Origin: Methylotenera sp. RIFCSPLOWO2_02_FULL_45_14
Lineage (GTDB): Bacteria > Pseudomonadota > Gammaproteobacteria > Burkholderiales > Methylophilaceae
Direction of reading: 5' to 3'
Assembly (NCBI GenBank): GCA_001803395.1
Contig: MHBU01000024.1
Coordinates: 17,003-81,002 of the forward strand
Length of the DNA stretch: 64,000 bases
How positions within the stretch are numbered: position 1 is the first letter of the stretch; each line of letters opens with the position of its first letter. Below, in pieces: positions 8,183 through 18,769 of this stretch. The translations under genes and the position numbers were made by a program. The notes under the pieces are model-generated. The model ran no database searches. It was not told the DNA's origin and worked only from the letters and a program-made list of their open reading frames with translations.

Positions 8183-10405
8183 TTATTGTATTTGTAATAC
8201 GATGCCAGATAATGGTGGTAATGTAATTACAAGCGACTGTTGATGATGCATCCATGCGATATTTTCGGTTTGTAAGCCAGCGACGTTGCCTTGATTACTG
8301 CCACCATAACAGCTTGCATCACTGTTAAAAATTTCATGGTAGCTGCCGGCTTGTGGCACGCCAATGCGATATTCATGGCGTAACACAGGCGTAAAGTTCA
8401 GTACTATTATAACAAAACTATTGTCCAACCCACGTCTTACATAACTGACAATTGATTGCTCAGTATCATGACAGTCTATCCATTCAAAGCCTTGCACTTC
8501 AAAATCAAGGGTATGTAAGGCGTTGAGTTCTTTATATAGTTTATTTAAGTCAGTATTAAGTTGTTTAACTCCTTGATGCCATTGGTGACCTTCATAGTCA
8601 TCACCAAGTAAATGCCAATCAAGGCTGGAGTTCACATTCCATTCACGTCCTTGACCAAATTCGTTACCCATAAAGTTAAGCTTTTTACCAGGGGAAGTCA
8701 TTTGATAGGTGAATAATAAGCGTAAATTTGCAAATTTCTGCCAAACGTCACCTGGCATTTTATCTAGTAGTGATTTTTTACCATGAACGACTTCATCGTG
8801 AGAAAACGGCAATACAAAGTTTTCTGAATAGGCGTAAAGCTGACCAAAGGTGAGCATGTCATGGTAGTAGCGTCTATGCACGGGGTCGTTTTCAATGTAT
8901 GACAAGGTATCATTCATCCATCCCATATTCCATTTCATGTTAAAGCCTAGCCCACCCAAATACACTGGGCGTGACACCATCGGCCATGCAGTTGATTCTT
9001 CCGCAATGGTGAGTACTCCCGCGAAATCTTCACCCACCATCACGTTAAGTTGTTTTAAGAAATCTATGACGTCGAGATTCTCTCGACCACCAAATTTATT
9101 TGGTAGCCATTCACCCGCTTTACGTGAGTAATCAAGGTAGAGCATAGAGGCTACAGCATCAACACGTAAGCCATCGATATGGAATTCTTGCAGCCAAAAG
9201 TAAGCATTGGCAATTAAAAAGTTACGTACCTCATTACGACCGTAATTGAAAATATAAGTCCCCCAGTCTTGGTGTTCACCTAAACGAGGGTCTTCATGTT
9301 CATATAAAGCCGTGCCATCAAAGCGTGCTAATGCCCAGTCATCTTTGGGGAAGTGGCCTGGTACCCAGTCTAAAATCACACCGATATTGGCTTGGTGAAA
9401 GGCATCAATCAAAAAGCGCAAATCATCTGGTGAACCAAATCTATTAGTGACACCAAAATAACCAGTGGTTTGGTAACCCCATGATTCTGTAAGTGGATGC
9501 TCGGAAATCGGCATTAGTTCAATATGAGTGTAACCCATGCTGGCTACATGTGGCACCAGTGTTTTTGCTAGTTCACGATAAGTTAAAAAGTGGCCTTTAT
9601 CATTACGTTGCCATGAACCTAGATGCACCTCGTAACAATTGAAAGGCGCGTGTAGCCAATCGCGCTGTTTACGCGCTTCCAACCATTGCTTATCTTCCCA
9701 CTGATGATAACTGGTGCTGATTTTTGCACTAGTCCCTGGGCGTTGTTCAAACTCAAAACCGTAGGGATCCGTTTTGACTGAAATGTTGCCAGAGTGGCGA
9801 TTGCGGATTTCAAACTTATAAGTGTCGCTAGTGGTCAGGTTGGGAATAAAAATATCCCAAACCCCGCTTGAACCATGCGCGCGCATCGAGTGTATGCGGC
9901 CATCCCAATTGTTAAAACTACCAATTACGCTGACACGTTCAGCGTTAGGTGCCCAAACGGCAAAGCGCACGCCAGTAACGTCATCTTGTGTGATGCATTG
10001 TGCACCTAATGTTTTATAAGCTTGTTTTAAGCGGCCTTCACCAAATAGGTAAAGCTCATCCTGGGTAAGGCTGGAGCTAAATGAATAGGGATCATAAGTT
10101 TCATAACTGTGAGTAGTAGCTTCCACTTTGAGTAAGCAAGGTGTTTCAAGTGGAGTTTTGCTGGTGTATTCAAACAGACCATCGCGATGCGTTTTTTCAA
10201 GCTTTTCCCAGGTCTTGCCTGTCTTGATTTGCACCTCAGAGGCGTAAGGTAAAAACGCTCTAAAAACAAAATGTTGGTCTTCGGGCTCATTAACAGTGTG
10301 ATGACCTAAAAAACTAAACGGGTCATGATGACGTGCTTCTAAAATAAGCTGACGTGCATGTGTATGTGCTTTTGATACCAATTGAGTTGCTTTAGATTTT
10401 GCCAA
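8183..10405 (-). CDS. glgB: 1,4-alpha-glucan branching enzyme (GH13)
   Basis: TTG start with SD AGAGGGG. Motifs FAVWAPNA, YEVHLGSW, SWGYQ, DWVPGHF, GLRVDAVASM, AEEST and SHDEVVHGK. Confidence 0.97.
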   Translation of the reverse strand: MAKSKATQLVSKAHTHARQLILEARHHDPFSFLGHHTVNEPEDQHFVFRAFLPYASEVQIKTGKTWEKLEKTHRDGLFEYTSKTPLETPCLLKVEATTHSYETYDPYSFSSSLTQDELYLFGEGRLKQAYKTLGAQCITQDDVTGVRFAVWAPNAERVSVIGSFNNWDGRIHSMRAHGSSGVWDIFIPNLTTSDTYKFEIRNRHSGNISVKTDPYGFEFEQRPGTSAKISTSYHQWEDKQWLEARKQRDWLHAPFNCYEVHLGSWQRNDKGHFLTYRELAKTLVPHVASMGYTHIELMPISEHPLTESWGYQTTGYFGVTNRFGSPDDLRFLIDAFHQANIGVILDWVPGHFPKDDWALARFDGTALYEHEDPRLGEHQDWGTYIFNYGRNEVRNFLIANAYFWLQEFHIDGLRVDAVASMLYLDYSRKAGEWLPNKFGGRENLDVIDFLKQLNVMVGEDFAGVLTIAEESTAWPMVSRPVYLGGLGFNMKWNMGWMNDTLSYIENDPVHRRYYHDMLTFGQLYAYSENFVLPFSHDEVVHGKKSLLDKMPGDVWQKFANLRLLFTYQMTSPGKKLNFMGNEFGQGREWNVNSSLDWHLLGDDYEGHQWHQGVKQLNTDLNKLYKELNALHTLDFEVQGFEWIDCHDTEQSIVSYVRRGLDNSFVIIVLNFTPVLRHEYRIGVPQAGSYHEIFNSDASCYGGSNQGNVAGLQTENIAWMHHQQSLVITLPPLSGIVLQIQ

Positions 10406-10469
10406 AATTACATCCCCTCTTTTAAGGAATTTTAGTTTTTATTTGCTAGTTTAGATCCATTTTAGCTAG

Positions 10470-10496
10470 ATTATAATGCTTTAAGCTGATTATAAT
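10470..10496. promoter_or_regulatory. Two copies of self-complementary ATTATAAT (TATAAT on both strands) in the glgB/glgC divergent region
   Basis: ATTATAAT at 10470-10477 and 10489-10496, within direct repeat GATTATAATG (10469-10478, 10488-10497). Confidence 0.55.
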
Positions 10497-10555
10497 GTAA
10501 TCAATTGCAATCGTAAGTAAATTAAACTAGTGAGCCCAGCTAGTGCAATGTAAGG

Positions 10556-10614
10556 GAATCTGTGTCAATCGAGTTTGTGGTGCAATGTGCCCAAAACTCG
10601 ATTGACACAGGTTC
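10556..10614. repeat. Long hairpin / REP-like palindrome in the glgC leader
   Basis: CTGTGTCAATCGAGTTT (10560-10576) is the exact reverse complement of AAACTCGATTGACACAG (10594-10610). The stem extends 4 bp outward with one G-T pair. Confidence 0.8.
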
Positions 10615-10648
10615 TCATAAGTAACTAACCAAACTTCAGGAGGGCATC

Positions 10649-11941
10649 ATGTCATCAAATCGACAAGTGGATCAACATTCAGATCGTTTTATTAGTACTT
10701 TAACCAAAAATACTGTCGCGATTATTCTAGCAGGCGGGCGCGGTAGTCGTTTAAAGAACCTGACAGATTGGCGTGCAAAGCCTGCGGTGCAATTTGGTGG
10801 GAAGTTTCGTATTATTGATTTTCCGCTTTCAAATTGCATAAACTCTGGCATCCGCCGTATTAACGTGGCAACCCAATATAAAGCGCAAAGCTTAATCCAG
10901 CATATTCAACGTGGGTGGGGGTTTTTACGTGGCGAATTTAATGAGTACGTCAATATTATCCCGGCACAACAGCGTATTTCAGAAGATTGGTACAAAGGCA
11001 CGGCTGACGCAGTGTATCAAAACATAGATTTATTGCGCGAAGGCGGTGCAGATTATGTGTTGATTTTAGCGGGTGATCATATTTATAAAATGGATTACGG
11101 CCAAATGTTGGCTACGCATGTGAAAAATAATGCGGACATGACGGTAGCATGCATCAATGTCCCTTTAGACGATGCAAAGGGCTTTGGTGTATTGGCAGTT
11201 GATGATATAGACCGCGTGATTGAGTTTGCTGAAAAGCCAGCTAACCCAAAACATATGCCAGGCGACACCACTAAAGCTTTTGCGAGTATGGGCATTTATG
11301 TATTTAATGCTAAATTTTTGTATGAGCAGCTGATTCGTGATGCCGGGGACTCAAAATCCAGCCATGACTTTGGCGGCGATATTATTCCCTATATTATCAA
11401 TAAATATAAAGTGCAAGCGCACCGTTTTACTGATAGTTGTGTAGGGGCTAAGAACGATAATTATTACTGGCGTGATGTGGGTACGATTGATGCCTATTGG
11501 GAAGCTAATATGGAGCTCACCAAGGTGATTCCTGAGCTTAATTTGTATGACAGAGACTGGCCGATTTGGACGTATCAGGAACAATTGCCACCTGCCAAGT
11601 TTGTATTTAATGATGAGGGCAGAACAGGCACGGCGATAGATTCTCTTGTTTCTGGCGGTTGCTTGATTAGTGGTTCATGTATCATAAGTTCTGTTTTGTT
11701 TTCTGATGTACGTGTGCATAGTTATTGCAACATTGAAGGTTCAGTGATTTTGCCCAAAGTCACAGTTAATCGAAATGTAGTGCTCAAAAATGTGGTTATA
11801 GACCGTGGTTGCGTCATTCCAGAAGGCATGCAAATTGGCGTGGACTTAACACTTGATGCAAAACGTTTTTATGTGTCTGAAAAAGGTGTTGTGTTAGTTA
11901 CACCGGATATGTTGGGACAAGATTTATACCGCGTGGTTTAA
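10649..11941 (+). CDS. glgC: Glucose-1-phosphate adenylyltransferase
   Basis: SD GGAGG. Motifs [48 protein letters not shown] and YWRDVGT. Confidence 0.97.
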   Translation: MSSNRQVDQHSDRFISTLTKNTVAIILAGGRGSRLKNLTDWRAKPAVQFGGKFRIIDFPLSNCINSGIRRINVATQYKAQSLIQHIQRGWGFLRGEFNEYVNIIPAQQRISEDWYKGTADAVYQNIDLLREGGADYVLILAGDHIYKMDYGQMLATHVKNNADMTVACINVPLDDAKGFGVLAVDDIDRVIEFAEKPANPKHMPGDTTKAFASMGIYVFNAKFLYEQLIRDAGDSKSSHDFGGDIIPYIINKYKVQAHRFTDSCVGAKNDNYYWRDVGTIDAYWEANMELTKVIPELNLYDRDWPIWTYQEQLPPAKFVFNDEGRTGTAIDSLVSGGCLISGSCIISSVLFSDVRVHSYCNIEGSVILPKVTVNRNVVLKNVVIDRGCVIPEGMQIGVDLTLDAKRFYVSEKGVVLVTPDMLGQDLYRVV

Positions 11942-12040
11942 ATGAAGCGTTTGATTTAGCTCAATGGCAAGTGCTAGGGGCTTGCTATTATCTGTGACCG
12001 TCTGTTTTTTCTTAATTTAATAGTTTAAGGTTTCCTTGAA

Positions 12041-13774
12041 GTGAATACTGCTCGACCTAAGTTATATCTCAACCTCTACTGGCACATGCACCAGCCAGAT
12101 TATCGTGATTTGGCAACGAATGAATACGTGCTGCCGTGGACTTATTTACACGCCATAAAAGATTATAGTGACATGGCGTATCACCTTGAAATTAACCCTG
12201 CAGTACGCGTGAGCTTTAATTTCGTGCCAATTTTATTAGAGCAGCTTGAAGATTACACGCAGCAATTTAAACAAAACACGATACGCGATCCTTTGCTTGC
12301 GTTGCTGATAAAAAAAGACTTGGAAGACATCAGCCTTGAGCAATGTCATTTGATTGTGCAGAGTTGCTTTAAGAGTCATCATGAAAAAATGCTCAGCCCG
12401 TTTCCGCATTACCAACGCTTGTTACAGCTGTATCAGTTGGTAGAGCCGATGATGACGAATGATCAATTTCATTATCTATCCGCGCAATATAAAGCAGATT
12501 TGCTCGTGTGGTATCACCTGGCCTGGTGTGGCGAGAGCCTGAGGCGCACTAATAAAATAGTGCAAGTATTGATGGCTAAAGGTGCGTTATTTACTTATGA
12601 AGAAAGGCAGCAGTTATATGCAGTAATCGCCGAAACGGTTTCACATTTAATTCCGCGTTATAGAGCCTTGATGGCACGTAAGCAAATTGAAATTTCTACC
12701 ACGCCGTATTACCACCCCATACTGCCGTTGTTGCTCGATTTTAAATCCACGCTGGATGCTATGCCTGATGCACTTTTGCCAGAAAACGCTAAGTATATGG
12801 GTGGGCAAAGCCGTGCAGTTGCACATGTGTTATCCGCTAAAAAAGCGCACCAGCATTATTTTGGCGCTGTGCCGCGTGGTATGTGGCCAGCTGAGGGCGC
12901 TGTTTCACATGCTGCACTGTCGCTGATGGCTGAGCATGGCGTAGAGTGGGCCGCAACTGGGCAAGGTGTTTTGGCTAACAGCTTAGTTAAATCTCATTTA
13001 AGTGTCGCGAATAAAGATGAGTATTTATATCAGCCGTACCGCGTGACCAATGGTAAGCATGATGTTTTGTGTTTTTTTAGAGATGATGAGCTCTCAGACA
13101 AAATTGGTTTTGAATATGCAAAAATGCATTCCAACGAAGCCGTGGGCGATTTTGTCCGGTCACTTGAGCGTATTCAGCAGGCGAACACCGGCAATCAATC
13201 CAAAGTGGTGAGCGTGATTTTAGACGGCGAAAATGCATGGGAATACTTTCCATACAATGGCTACTACTTTTTAAGCGAGCTATACGAAGCGCTGGCAAAA
13301 CATCCTGACATTAAAATGACTACTTTTAGTGACATCGTTGATTTATATCAATCCAAAGCCAGTAAAACTCATGGATTATCCGCGCCTGCTTTACCGCAAG
13401 TGGCCGCAGGAAGTTGGGTATATGGTACGTTTAGCACTTGGATTGGTAGTAAAGATAAAAATATGGCGTGGGATTTACTGTGTGAGGCTAAGAAAGCTTA
13501 CGATACGGTATTGGCATCCGGTGGTTTAGATGCGAAGCAGCTTAGCGCGTGTGAGCGTCAACTTGCTATTTGCGAAGGTTCGGATTGGTTCTGGTGGTTT
13601 GGTGATTACAACTCATCCGATAGCGTTGCTAGTTTTGATCAACTCTACCGTCGTAATTTAATCAATTTGTACAACTTGCTTGGTCAATCCGTGCCAGAAG
13701 TCTTGCATCAAAAAATTAGTGCGGGTGGTGGCGATGCAGACAATGCGGGTACCATGCGGCGTGGGCAGGCATAA
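12041..13774 (+). CDS. Glycoside hydrolase family 57 (amylopullulanase/alpha-amylase-like)
   Basis: GH57 conserved regions WHMHQP, TTPYYHPILPLL, WPAEGAVS (nucleophile), ILDGENAWE (acid/base) and EGSDWFWW. Confidence 0.9.
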   Translation: MNTARPKLYLNLYWHMHQPDYRDLATNEYVLPWTYLHAIKDYSDMAYHLEINPAVRVSFNFVPILLEQLEDYTQQFKQNTIRDPLLALLIKKDLEDISLEQCHLIVQSCFKSHHEKMLSPFPHYQRLLQLYQLVEPMMTNDQFHYLSAQYKADLLVWYHLAWCGESLRRTNKIVQVLMAKGALFTYEERQQLYAVIAETVSHLIPRYRALMARKQIEISTTPYYHPILPLLLDFKSTLDAMPDALLPENAKYMGGQSRAVAHVLSAKKAHQHYFGAVPRGMWPAEGAVSHAALSLMAEHGVEWAATGQGVLANSLVKSHLSVANKDEYLYQPYRVTNGKHDVLCFFRDDELSDKIGFEYAKMHSNEAVGDFVRSLERIQQANTGNQSKVVSVILDGENAWEYFPYNGYYFLSELYEALAKHPDIKMTTFSDIVDLYQSKASKTHGLSAPALPQVAAGSWVYGTFSTWIGSKDKNMAWDLLCEAKKAYDTVLASGGLDAKQLSACERQLAICEGSDWFWWFGDYNSSDSVASFDQLYRRNLINLYNLLGQSVPEVLHQKISAGGGDADNAGTMRRGQA

Positions 13775-13832
13775 GTTGTAGATCTAATAGCAGGCAATGT
13801 TTTGCGCATCCTTTTTATTTCTGTAGAAATTT

Positions 13833-15323
13833 ATGACTTTAGAAGCTAACCGATCACCTTTAACTCAACGCCAGGCAGGCGTGTTGTTGCACATTAGTTC
13901 ACTGCCTAGCGCCTATTACACGGGTGATTTAGGGATAGAAGCTTATCGTTTTGTCGATTTTTTACACGATATTGGCGCAACTGTCTGGCAAACTTTACCC
14001 ATTAACATGCCGCACGCTGACAACTCGCCTTATCAGTGCTTATCCGCACATGCTGGAAATCTAGACTTTATCAGCTTGGAAACATTGCAAACACAAGGCT
14101 TGCTAACAAAAGAAGATTTAAGCGGATTACTTACCAGTAAAACCCATTTGCTGGCTAAGGCGTATGACACATTTAGCCAGCAAGCCGATAAAAAAGCGCA
14201 GCAAGAGTTTACCCGTTTTTGCAAAAAACATGGGCATTGGTTAAATGATTTTTCCTTGTTTTTGGCATTGCGCAATCAATTTAATGATGCTGGCTGGAGC
14301 CAATGGCCTGAAGCCTATAAAAACCGTGATAAAAAAACGTTAAAACTGGCGCAAGCTGAGTTGGCTCAAGAAATTGCGGTGATTAAATTTGCGCAGTTTA
14401 TTTTCTTTACACAATGGTTAGCGCTAAAAAAATACGCGAGCCATAGAAAAGTAGCCTTATTTGGAGATATTCCAATTTTTGTGGCTTATGACAGCGCAGA
14501 TGTATGGGTTGAACCGCATTTTTTTAAGCTTGATGCCGATAAAAATATGACCGTAGTGGCAGGTGTGCCACCTGATTATTTTTCTGCAACGGGTCAGCGT
14601 TGGGGTAATCCGCATTACAACTGGGATGCCATGGCTGCGAATGGTTTTAGCTGGTGGGTGTCGCGCATGGCGACTCAACATGAGTTATTTGATATTGTAC
14701 GTATTGATCATTTTAGGGGTTTGGAAGCGGCATGGGAGATTCCCGCGACTGAAGAGACGGCGATCAATGGAGTTTGGGTGTTAGCGCCTGGCGATGCGTT
14801 ACTCGCAGCGATAACAGCGGCCTTACCTGATATCAACTTGGTGGCAGAAGACTTAGGTATTATTACCGCAGAAGTAGATGCTTTGAGAGCAAAATACAAC
14901 TTGCCAGGCATGAAGATTTTGCAATTTGCATTTAGCGGCACGGATGACAACCCATATCTACCGCATAATATTGAGGAAAATAGCGTGGTTTACACTGGCA
15001 CGCACGATAATGACACGACAGTGGGTTGGTATGACGCAATGGATGAGCAACAGCGCGAACATGTGCACGCTTACCTACGCGTATCTCACTACGAGCAGCA
15101 TGAGCCGAATATGCCTGACGATTTAATTGCCATGGCACTTGAATCAAATGCGCAATTGGCGATTATTCCTATGCAAGATATATTGGCACTAGATGGCAAT
15201 CATCGTATGAATACACCAGGTACTGTTACCGGCAATTGGCACTGGCGCTTTAATTGGCAGCAGTTATCAATCGAGAAAAAAGTCAGCATTACCGAGCTGA
15301 TTACACGAACAGGGCGGCATTAA
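13833..15323 (+). CDS. malQ: 4-alpha-glucanotransferase (GH77)
   Basis: Motifs GVLLHISSLP, WQTLP, GDIPIFV, GVPPDYFS.TGQRWGNP, RIDHFRG, AEDLG and TGTHDNDT. Confidence 0.96.
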   Translation: MTLEANRSPLTQRQAGVLLHISSLPSAYYTGDLGIEAYRFVDFLHDIGATVWQTLPINMPHADNSPYQCLSAHAGNLDFISLETLQTQGLLTKEDLSGLLTSKTHLLAKAYDTFSQQADKKAQQEFTRFCKKHGHWLNDFSLFLALRNQFNDAGWSQWPEAYKNRDKKTLKLAQAELAQEIAVIKFAQFIFFTQWLALKKYASHRKVALFGDIPIFVAYDSADVWVEPHFFKLDADKNMTVVAGVPPDYFSATGQRWGNPHYNWDAMAANGFSWWVSRMATQHELFDIVRIDHFRGLEAAWEIPATEETAINGVWVLAPGDALLAAITAALPDINLVAEDLGIITAEVDALRAKYNLPGMKILQFAFSGTDDNPYLPHNIEENSVVYTGTHDNDTTVGWYDAMDEQQREHVHAYLRVSHYEQHEPNMPDDLIAMALESNAQLAIIPMQDILALDGNHRMNTPGTVTGNWHWRFNWQQLSIEKKVSITELITRTGRH

Positions 15324-15327
15324 GTGC

Positions 15328-16332
15328 ATGGCGACGTTAATTGGCATAGATGTTGGTGGTACTAATTTACGCGTTGGTGTAGTGGAATGTCATGAATTTA
15401 CCCCACCCCGGTTACTAGAAGAAGTACGCTTTCAGGCGGACTTTTCCAGCCTTTGTAAATCACACCAATATTCATCAGAACAAACCTGGCAAACAATTTT
15501 AACTACAATTGCGGATGCCATTAACAGCGTTCGTGCGCAGTACCCAGCTATATTGGCGGTTGGTATTGGTTTTCCTGGGTTTATAGACCCTGTTACACAA
15601 ACGATTTCACAATCTCCCAATTTACCAGGCTTAAGCAATGTAGATTTAAGTGCAGATTTAAGCGCGATAATTGCATTGCCGGTCATTACTGAAAACGATG
15701 CATTAGCCGCAGCTTATGGTGAATATATTATGCATTCATCTCAAGCCATTGGCCAAACAAGTGGTCAAGCAGGTAGTTTGATTTATTTAGGTTTAGGCAC
15801 AGGCGTGGGTGGTGGTTTGATTTTGAACGGTAAGCCATTCCAAGGCCAGCATGGTGTGGCAATGGAAGTTGGGCATATTACGGTTCAGCCCAATGGCAGG
15901 TTGTGCGGCTGTGGCAATTTAGGCTGCATGGAGCAATATGCCTCAGCCAGCGGGGTTGCAATTAGCTATTTTGAGGCAACAAACCAGCAATGCACTGCTG
16001 TAGAAATTGCAACACGTGCTAAAGCTGGTGATGAAGCCGCAATTGCAGCTTATCAGCGCGCGGGCGCAACACTGGCGCAAGCATTAGCGCATATATTAAA
16101 AGTGATTGATGTTGCAAACGTAGTCATCGGTGGTGGTATGAGTGCTGGCTGGCCGTTGATGCAACAGGCTTTTCATCAGCAATTAGAACAAGATTTAATC
16201 CCCGCTTTACGCGGCAAGGTCAACGTGAGTATTTCTAATGTGGGAGATCAGGCGGGGATTATTGGGGCGGCACTACTCTCAAACCTTGTCTCAAAACCGG
16301 TCTCAAACTCTGTCTCAAAACTTGTAAGGTAG
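15328..16332 (+). CDS. ROK-family sugar kinase (probable glucokinase)
   Basis: Motifs GIDVGGTN, ENDALAAA, LGTGVGGG, EVGH and the Zn motif CGCGNLGCME. Confidence 0.88.
   Translation: MATLIGIDVGGTNLRVGVVECHEFTPPRLLEEVRFQADFSSLCKSHQYSSEQTWQTILTTIADAINSVRAQYPAILAVGIGFPGFIDPVTQTISQSPNLPGLSNVDLSADLSAIIALPVITENDALAAAYGEYIMHSSQAIGQTSGQAGSLIYLGLGTGVGGGLILNGKPFQGQHGVAMEVGHITVQPNGRLCGCGNLGCMEQYASASGVAISYFEATNQQCTAVEIATRAKAGDEAAIAAYQRAGATLAQALAHILKVIDVANVVIGGGMSAGWPLMQQAFHQQLEQDLIPALRGKVNVSISNVGDQAGIIGAALLSNLVSKPVSNSVSKLVR
16277..16324 (+). repeat. Four imperfect 12-bp tandem repeats forming the 3' tail of the ROK kinase
   Basis: TCTCAAACCTTG / TCTCAAAACCGG / TCTCAAACTCTG / TCTCAAAACTTG, in the tail encoding ...SNLVSKPVSNSVSKLVR. 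Confidence 0.8.
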
Positions 16333-16413
16333 TTTATAGCTAATCTTCTAAATAATGACCGTAATGCCTTGGCTACTACAAGTGTGGCTCAATTCACTGG
16401 ATATAGTATGTCA

Positions 16414-17538
16414 CTATTTTTTGGGTAGTCCCAGTGCAACAGCAGGTTCATAGAATGTAAATCCCAGCGCGGTGGCAACAGACTGATTGGTCACTTTGCC
16501 CTGATGCACGTTTAACCCGTTCAGAAGATGCCAGTTATCGCGTAGTGCTTGCAAGCCCTTATCTGCAAGTGCCAGCACGTAAGGTAGCGTGGCATTATTG
16601 AGCGCATAGGTCGAAGTGCGAGGTACAGAACCCGGCATGTTGGCGACACAGTAATGAATAACGCCATCGACCACATAGGTTGGTGCATCGTGGGTGGTCG
16701 GACGCGAGGTTTCGCAACAGCCGCCTTGGTCGATTGCAACATCCACTATCACGCTCCCAACTCTCATATTCCTGACAATGTCACGTGTGATTAGCTTAGG
16801 GGTCGCCGCACCCGCAATCAGCACCGCACCGATCACGAGATCGGCAATACTACAGTGATGCTCAATCGTTTCTGCTGTCGAATAAACGGTATGCAGACGA
16901 TGACCAAACTGCTTACGGAGGCTGCGCAGGACATCTATATTGCGGTCCACCAGTGTCACTGTAGCCCCCATGCCGAGGGCGACATCAATGGCATTGGTAC
17001 CGACTACTCCACCGCCGATAACTGTTACTCTGGCAGGTTCAACCCCGGTGACGCCGCCCAGCAGTATGCCAGGACCGCCATGTGCTTTTTCTAGAAAATA
17101 GGCGCCTGCCTGAACCGCAAGCCGTCCCGCCACCTCTGACATCGGTGCCAGCAATGGCAAGCCGCCGCCATCGGCAGTGACTGTTTCATAGGCGATGCAA
17201 GTTGCGCCGGAGTTAACCAGGTCTTGAGTCTGCTCAGGGTCGGGGGCAAGATGCAGATAGGTAAAAATAATCTGCCCGGGCTTTAGCCACTTGCGCTCGA
17301 CGGCTTGAGGCTCCTTGACCTTGACGATCAGTTGCGCACGCTCGAATATTTCCTGTGCTGATTTGACAATGGATGCACCGGCGGTCTGGTATTGCTGGTC
17401 TAGTACACCGATTCCGTCACCCGCCCCTGACTCGACAATGACCTCGTGACCGTGCGCCACCAACTCTCGCACACTGCCCGGCACCAGACCAACCCGATAT
17501 TCGCGCACCTTGATTTCTTTGGGGACCCCGATCAGCAT
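16414..17538 (-). CDS. ald: Alanine dehydrogenase
   Basis: Motifs [50 protein letters not shown] and HYCVANMPG; SD GAGGAG. Confidence 0.95.
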   Translation of the reverse strand: MLIGVPKEIKVREYRVGLVPGSVRELVAHGHEVIVESGAGDGIGVLDQQYQTAGASIVKSAQEIFERAQLIVKVKEPQAVERKWLKPGQIIFTYLHLAPDPEQTQDLVNSGATCIAYETVTADGGGLPLLAPMSEVAGRLAVQAGAYFLEKAHGGPGILLGGVTGVEPARVTVIGGGVVGTNAIDVALGMGATVTLVDRNIDVLRSLRKQFGHRLHTVYSTAETIEHHCSIADLVIGAVLIAGAATPKLITRDIVRNMRVGSVIVDVAIDQGGCCETSRPTTHDAPTYVVDGVIHYCVANMPGSVPRTSTYALNNATLPYVLALADKGLQALRDNWHLLNGLNVHQGKVTNQSVATALGFTFYEPAVALGLPKK

Positions 17539-17864
17539 ATTTCTGTTAGCTCCTCATACAATAATTGCCGCTACATTAGGAACATAAAGCGGCCAAGTAT
17601 TGCATAACCACTTCGTGATACTGGAATCATATCAGAGTAGAACAAGCTTACGTTTGCTTTTGCCATGTTTAGCTTGCTACGTCAGGACCGTGAACCTAAA
17701 AACCTGGCATGACAGTTAATTTTTCTTTAGGGTAGCTTTAGTTGATTCCCCATATTTTTGCATGTGGTACATTACTACTGTAGCTTGGCAATAACTATTT
17801 CTATTGGCTATCTCATTAATATCAATTATCCATATAGATTGACGATAACAGGAGGAGAAGGGGA

Positions 17865-18749
17865 TTGCGATTTATTCAAGCTATCGGTCTAATGTTCTGT
17901 TTGGCTTACCTGCCGCAGGCGATGGCGGAATCACCGTCATTTCCCGTTACAGGCGGGGTGTTTGAATATACAGTTCAACCTGGCGACTATCTGATCAAGA
18001 TCGGCGCGCGTTTTGGCGTGGCGGCAGAAATGCTGGCGCGCGAAAATGTCCTAGAGTATAGCGCTAGGCTGATGCCGGGGCAGAAGCTGACAATCGACAA
18101 CAGGCACATCGTGCCGGAATTGCGGGAGGATGGCCTGCTCATCAACCTGCCGCAGCGCATGCTCTATTATTTTCGCGGCTGGGAGTTGGTGGCCGCCTAT
18201 CCGGTGGGATTGGGTAAGCCGAGTTGGCCGACGCCGGCAGGCGAGTTTAGCGTGACCAATAAGGCATTCAACAAGACCTGGCGCGTGCCGAAGTCCATTC
18301 AGGAGGAGATGCGGCGCGAAGGTCAAGTGGTAAGGACAGAAGTGCCGCCGGGTCCCAATAACCCCCTTGGCAAGCACTGGCTTGGACTCAGTCTGACGTC
18401 GATCGGCATTCACGGCACCATCGCGCCGGCCAGCATTTATCATTTTCAGAGTCATGGCTGCATACGCTTGCACCCTGACGACATCGAGGCACTGTTTGCG
18501 CAGATAGAGCAAGGAGCGACTGGCAGCATAATTTACACCCCGCTGTTGCTGGCAGAATCGGATGGGCGAATATTTATTGAGGCGCATCGGGATATTTATC
18601 ATAAAGTTGATGTCTCATTGGGTGCGCTTGAACAAATGGCGTACGATGCGATGCTGAGCGACCGGATCGACTGGTCACGAGCCGCAGATGTTTTGGAGCA
18701 GAAGGATGGTATGGCACGCGACGTAACGCTATCCTCCCAAACTCCATAA
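17865..18749 (+). CDS. LysM-domain L,D-transpeptidase (YkuD/ErfK family)
   Basis: TTG start after GGAGG and a Sec signal. LysM YTVQPGDYLIKIGARFGV, INLPQRMLY, and catalytic IGIHGT...SHGCIRL. Confidence 0.92.
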   Translation: MRFIQAIGLMFCLAYLPQAMAESPSFPVTGGVFEYTVQPGDYLIKIGARFGVAAEMLARENVLEYSARLMPGQKLTIDNRHIVPELREDGLLINLPQRMLYYFRGWELVAAYPVGLGKPSWPTPAGEFSVTNKAFNKTWRVPKSIQEEMRREGQVVRTEVPPGPNNPLGKHWLGLSLTSIGIHGTIAPASIYHFQSHGCIRLHPDDIEALFAQIEQGATGSIIYTPLLLAESDGRIFIEAHRDIYHKVDVSLGALEQMAYDAMLSDRIDWSRAADVLEQKDGMARDVTLSSQTP

Positions 18750-18769
18750 AATTAAGGATAAACTACACG

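Noticed and set aside
10497-10510. TGTAAT-CA-ATTGCA, resembling a HexR-type operator
   Set aside because: Spacing is one base short of the consensus I recall and one arm mismatches; cannot be supported without a position-weight-matrix scan.
18051-18602. 183-aa antisense ORF over the L,D-transpeptidase
   Set aside because: Shadow ORF expected in GC-rich coding DNA; no motifs, while the plus strand has a clear family match.
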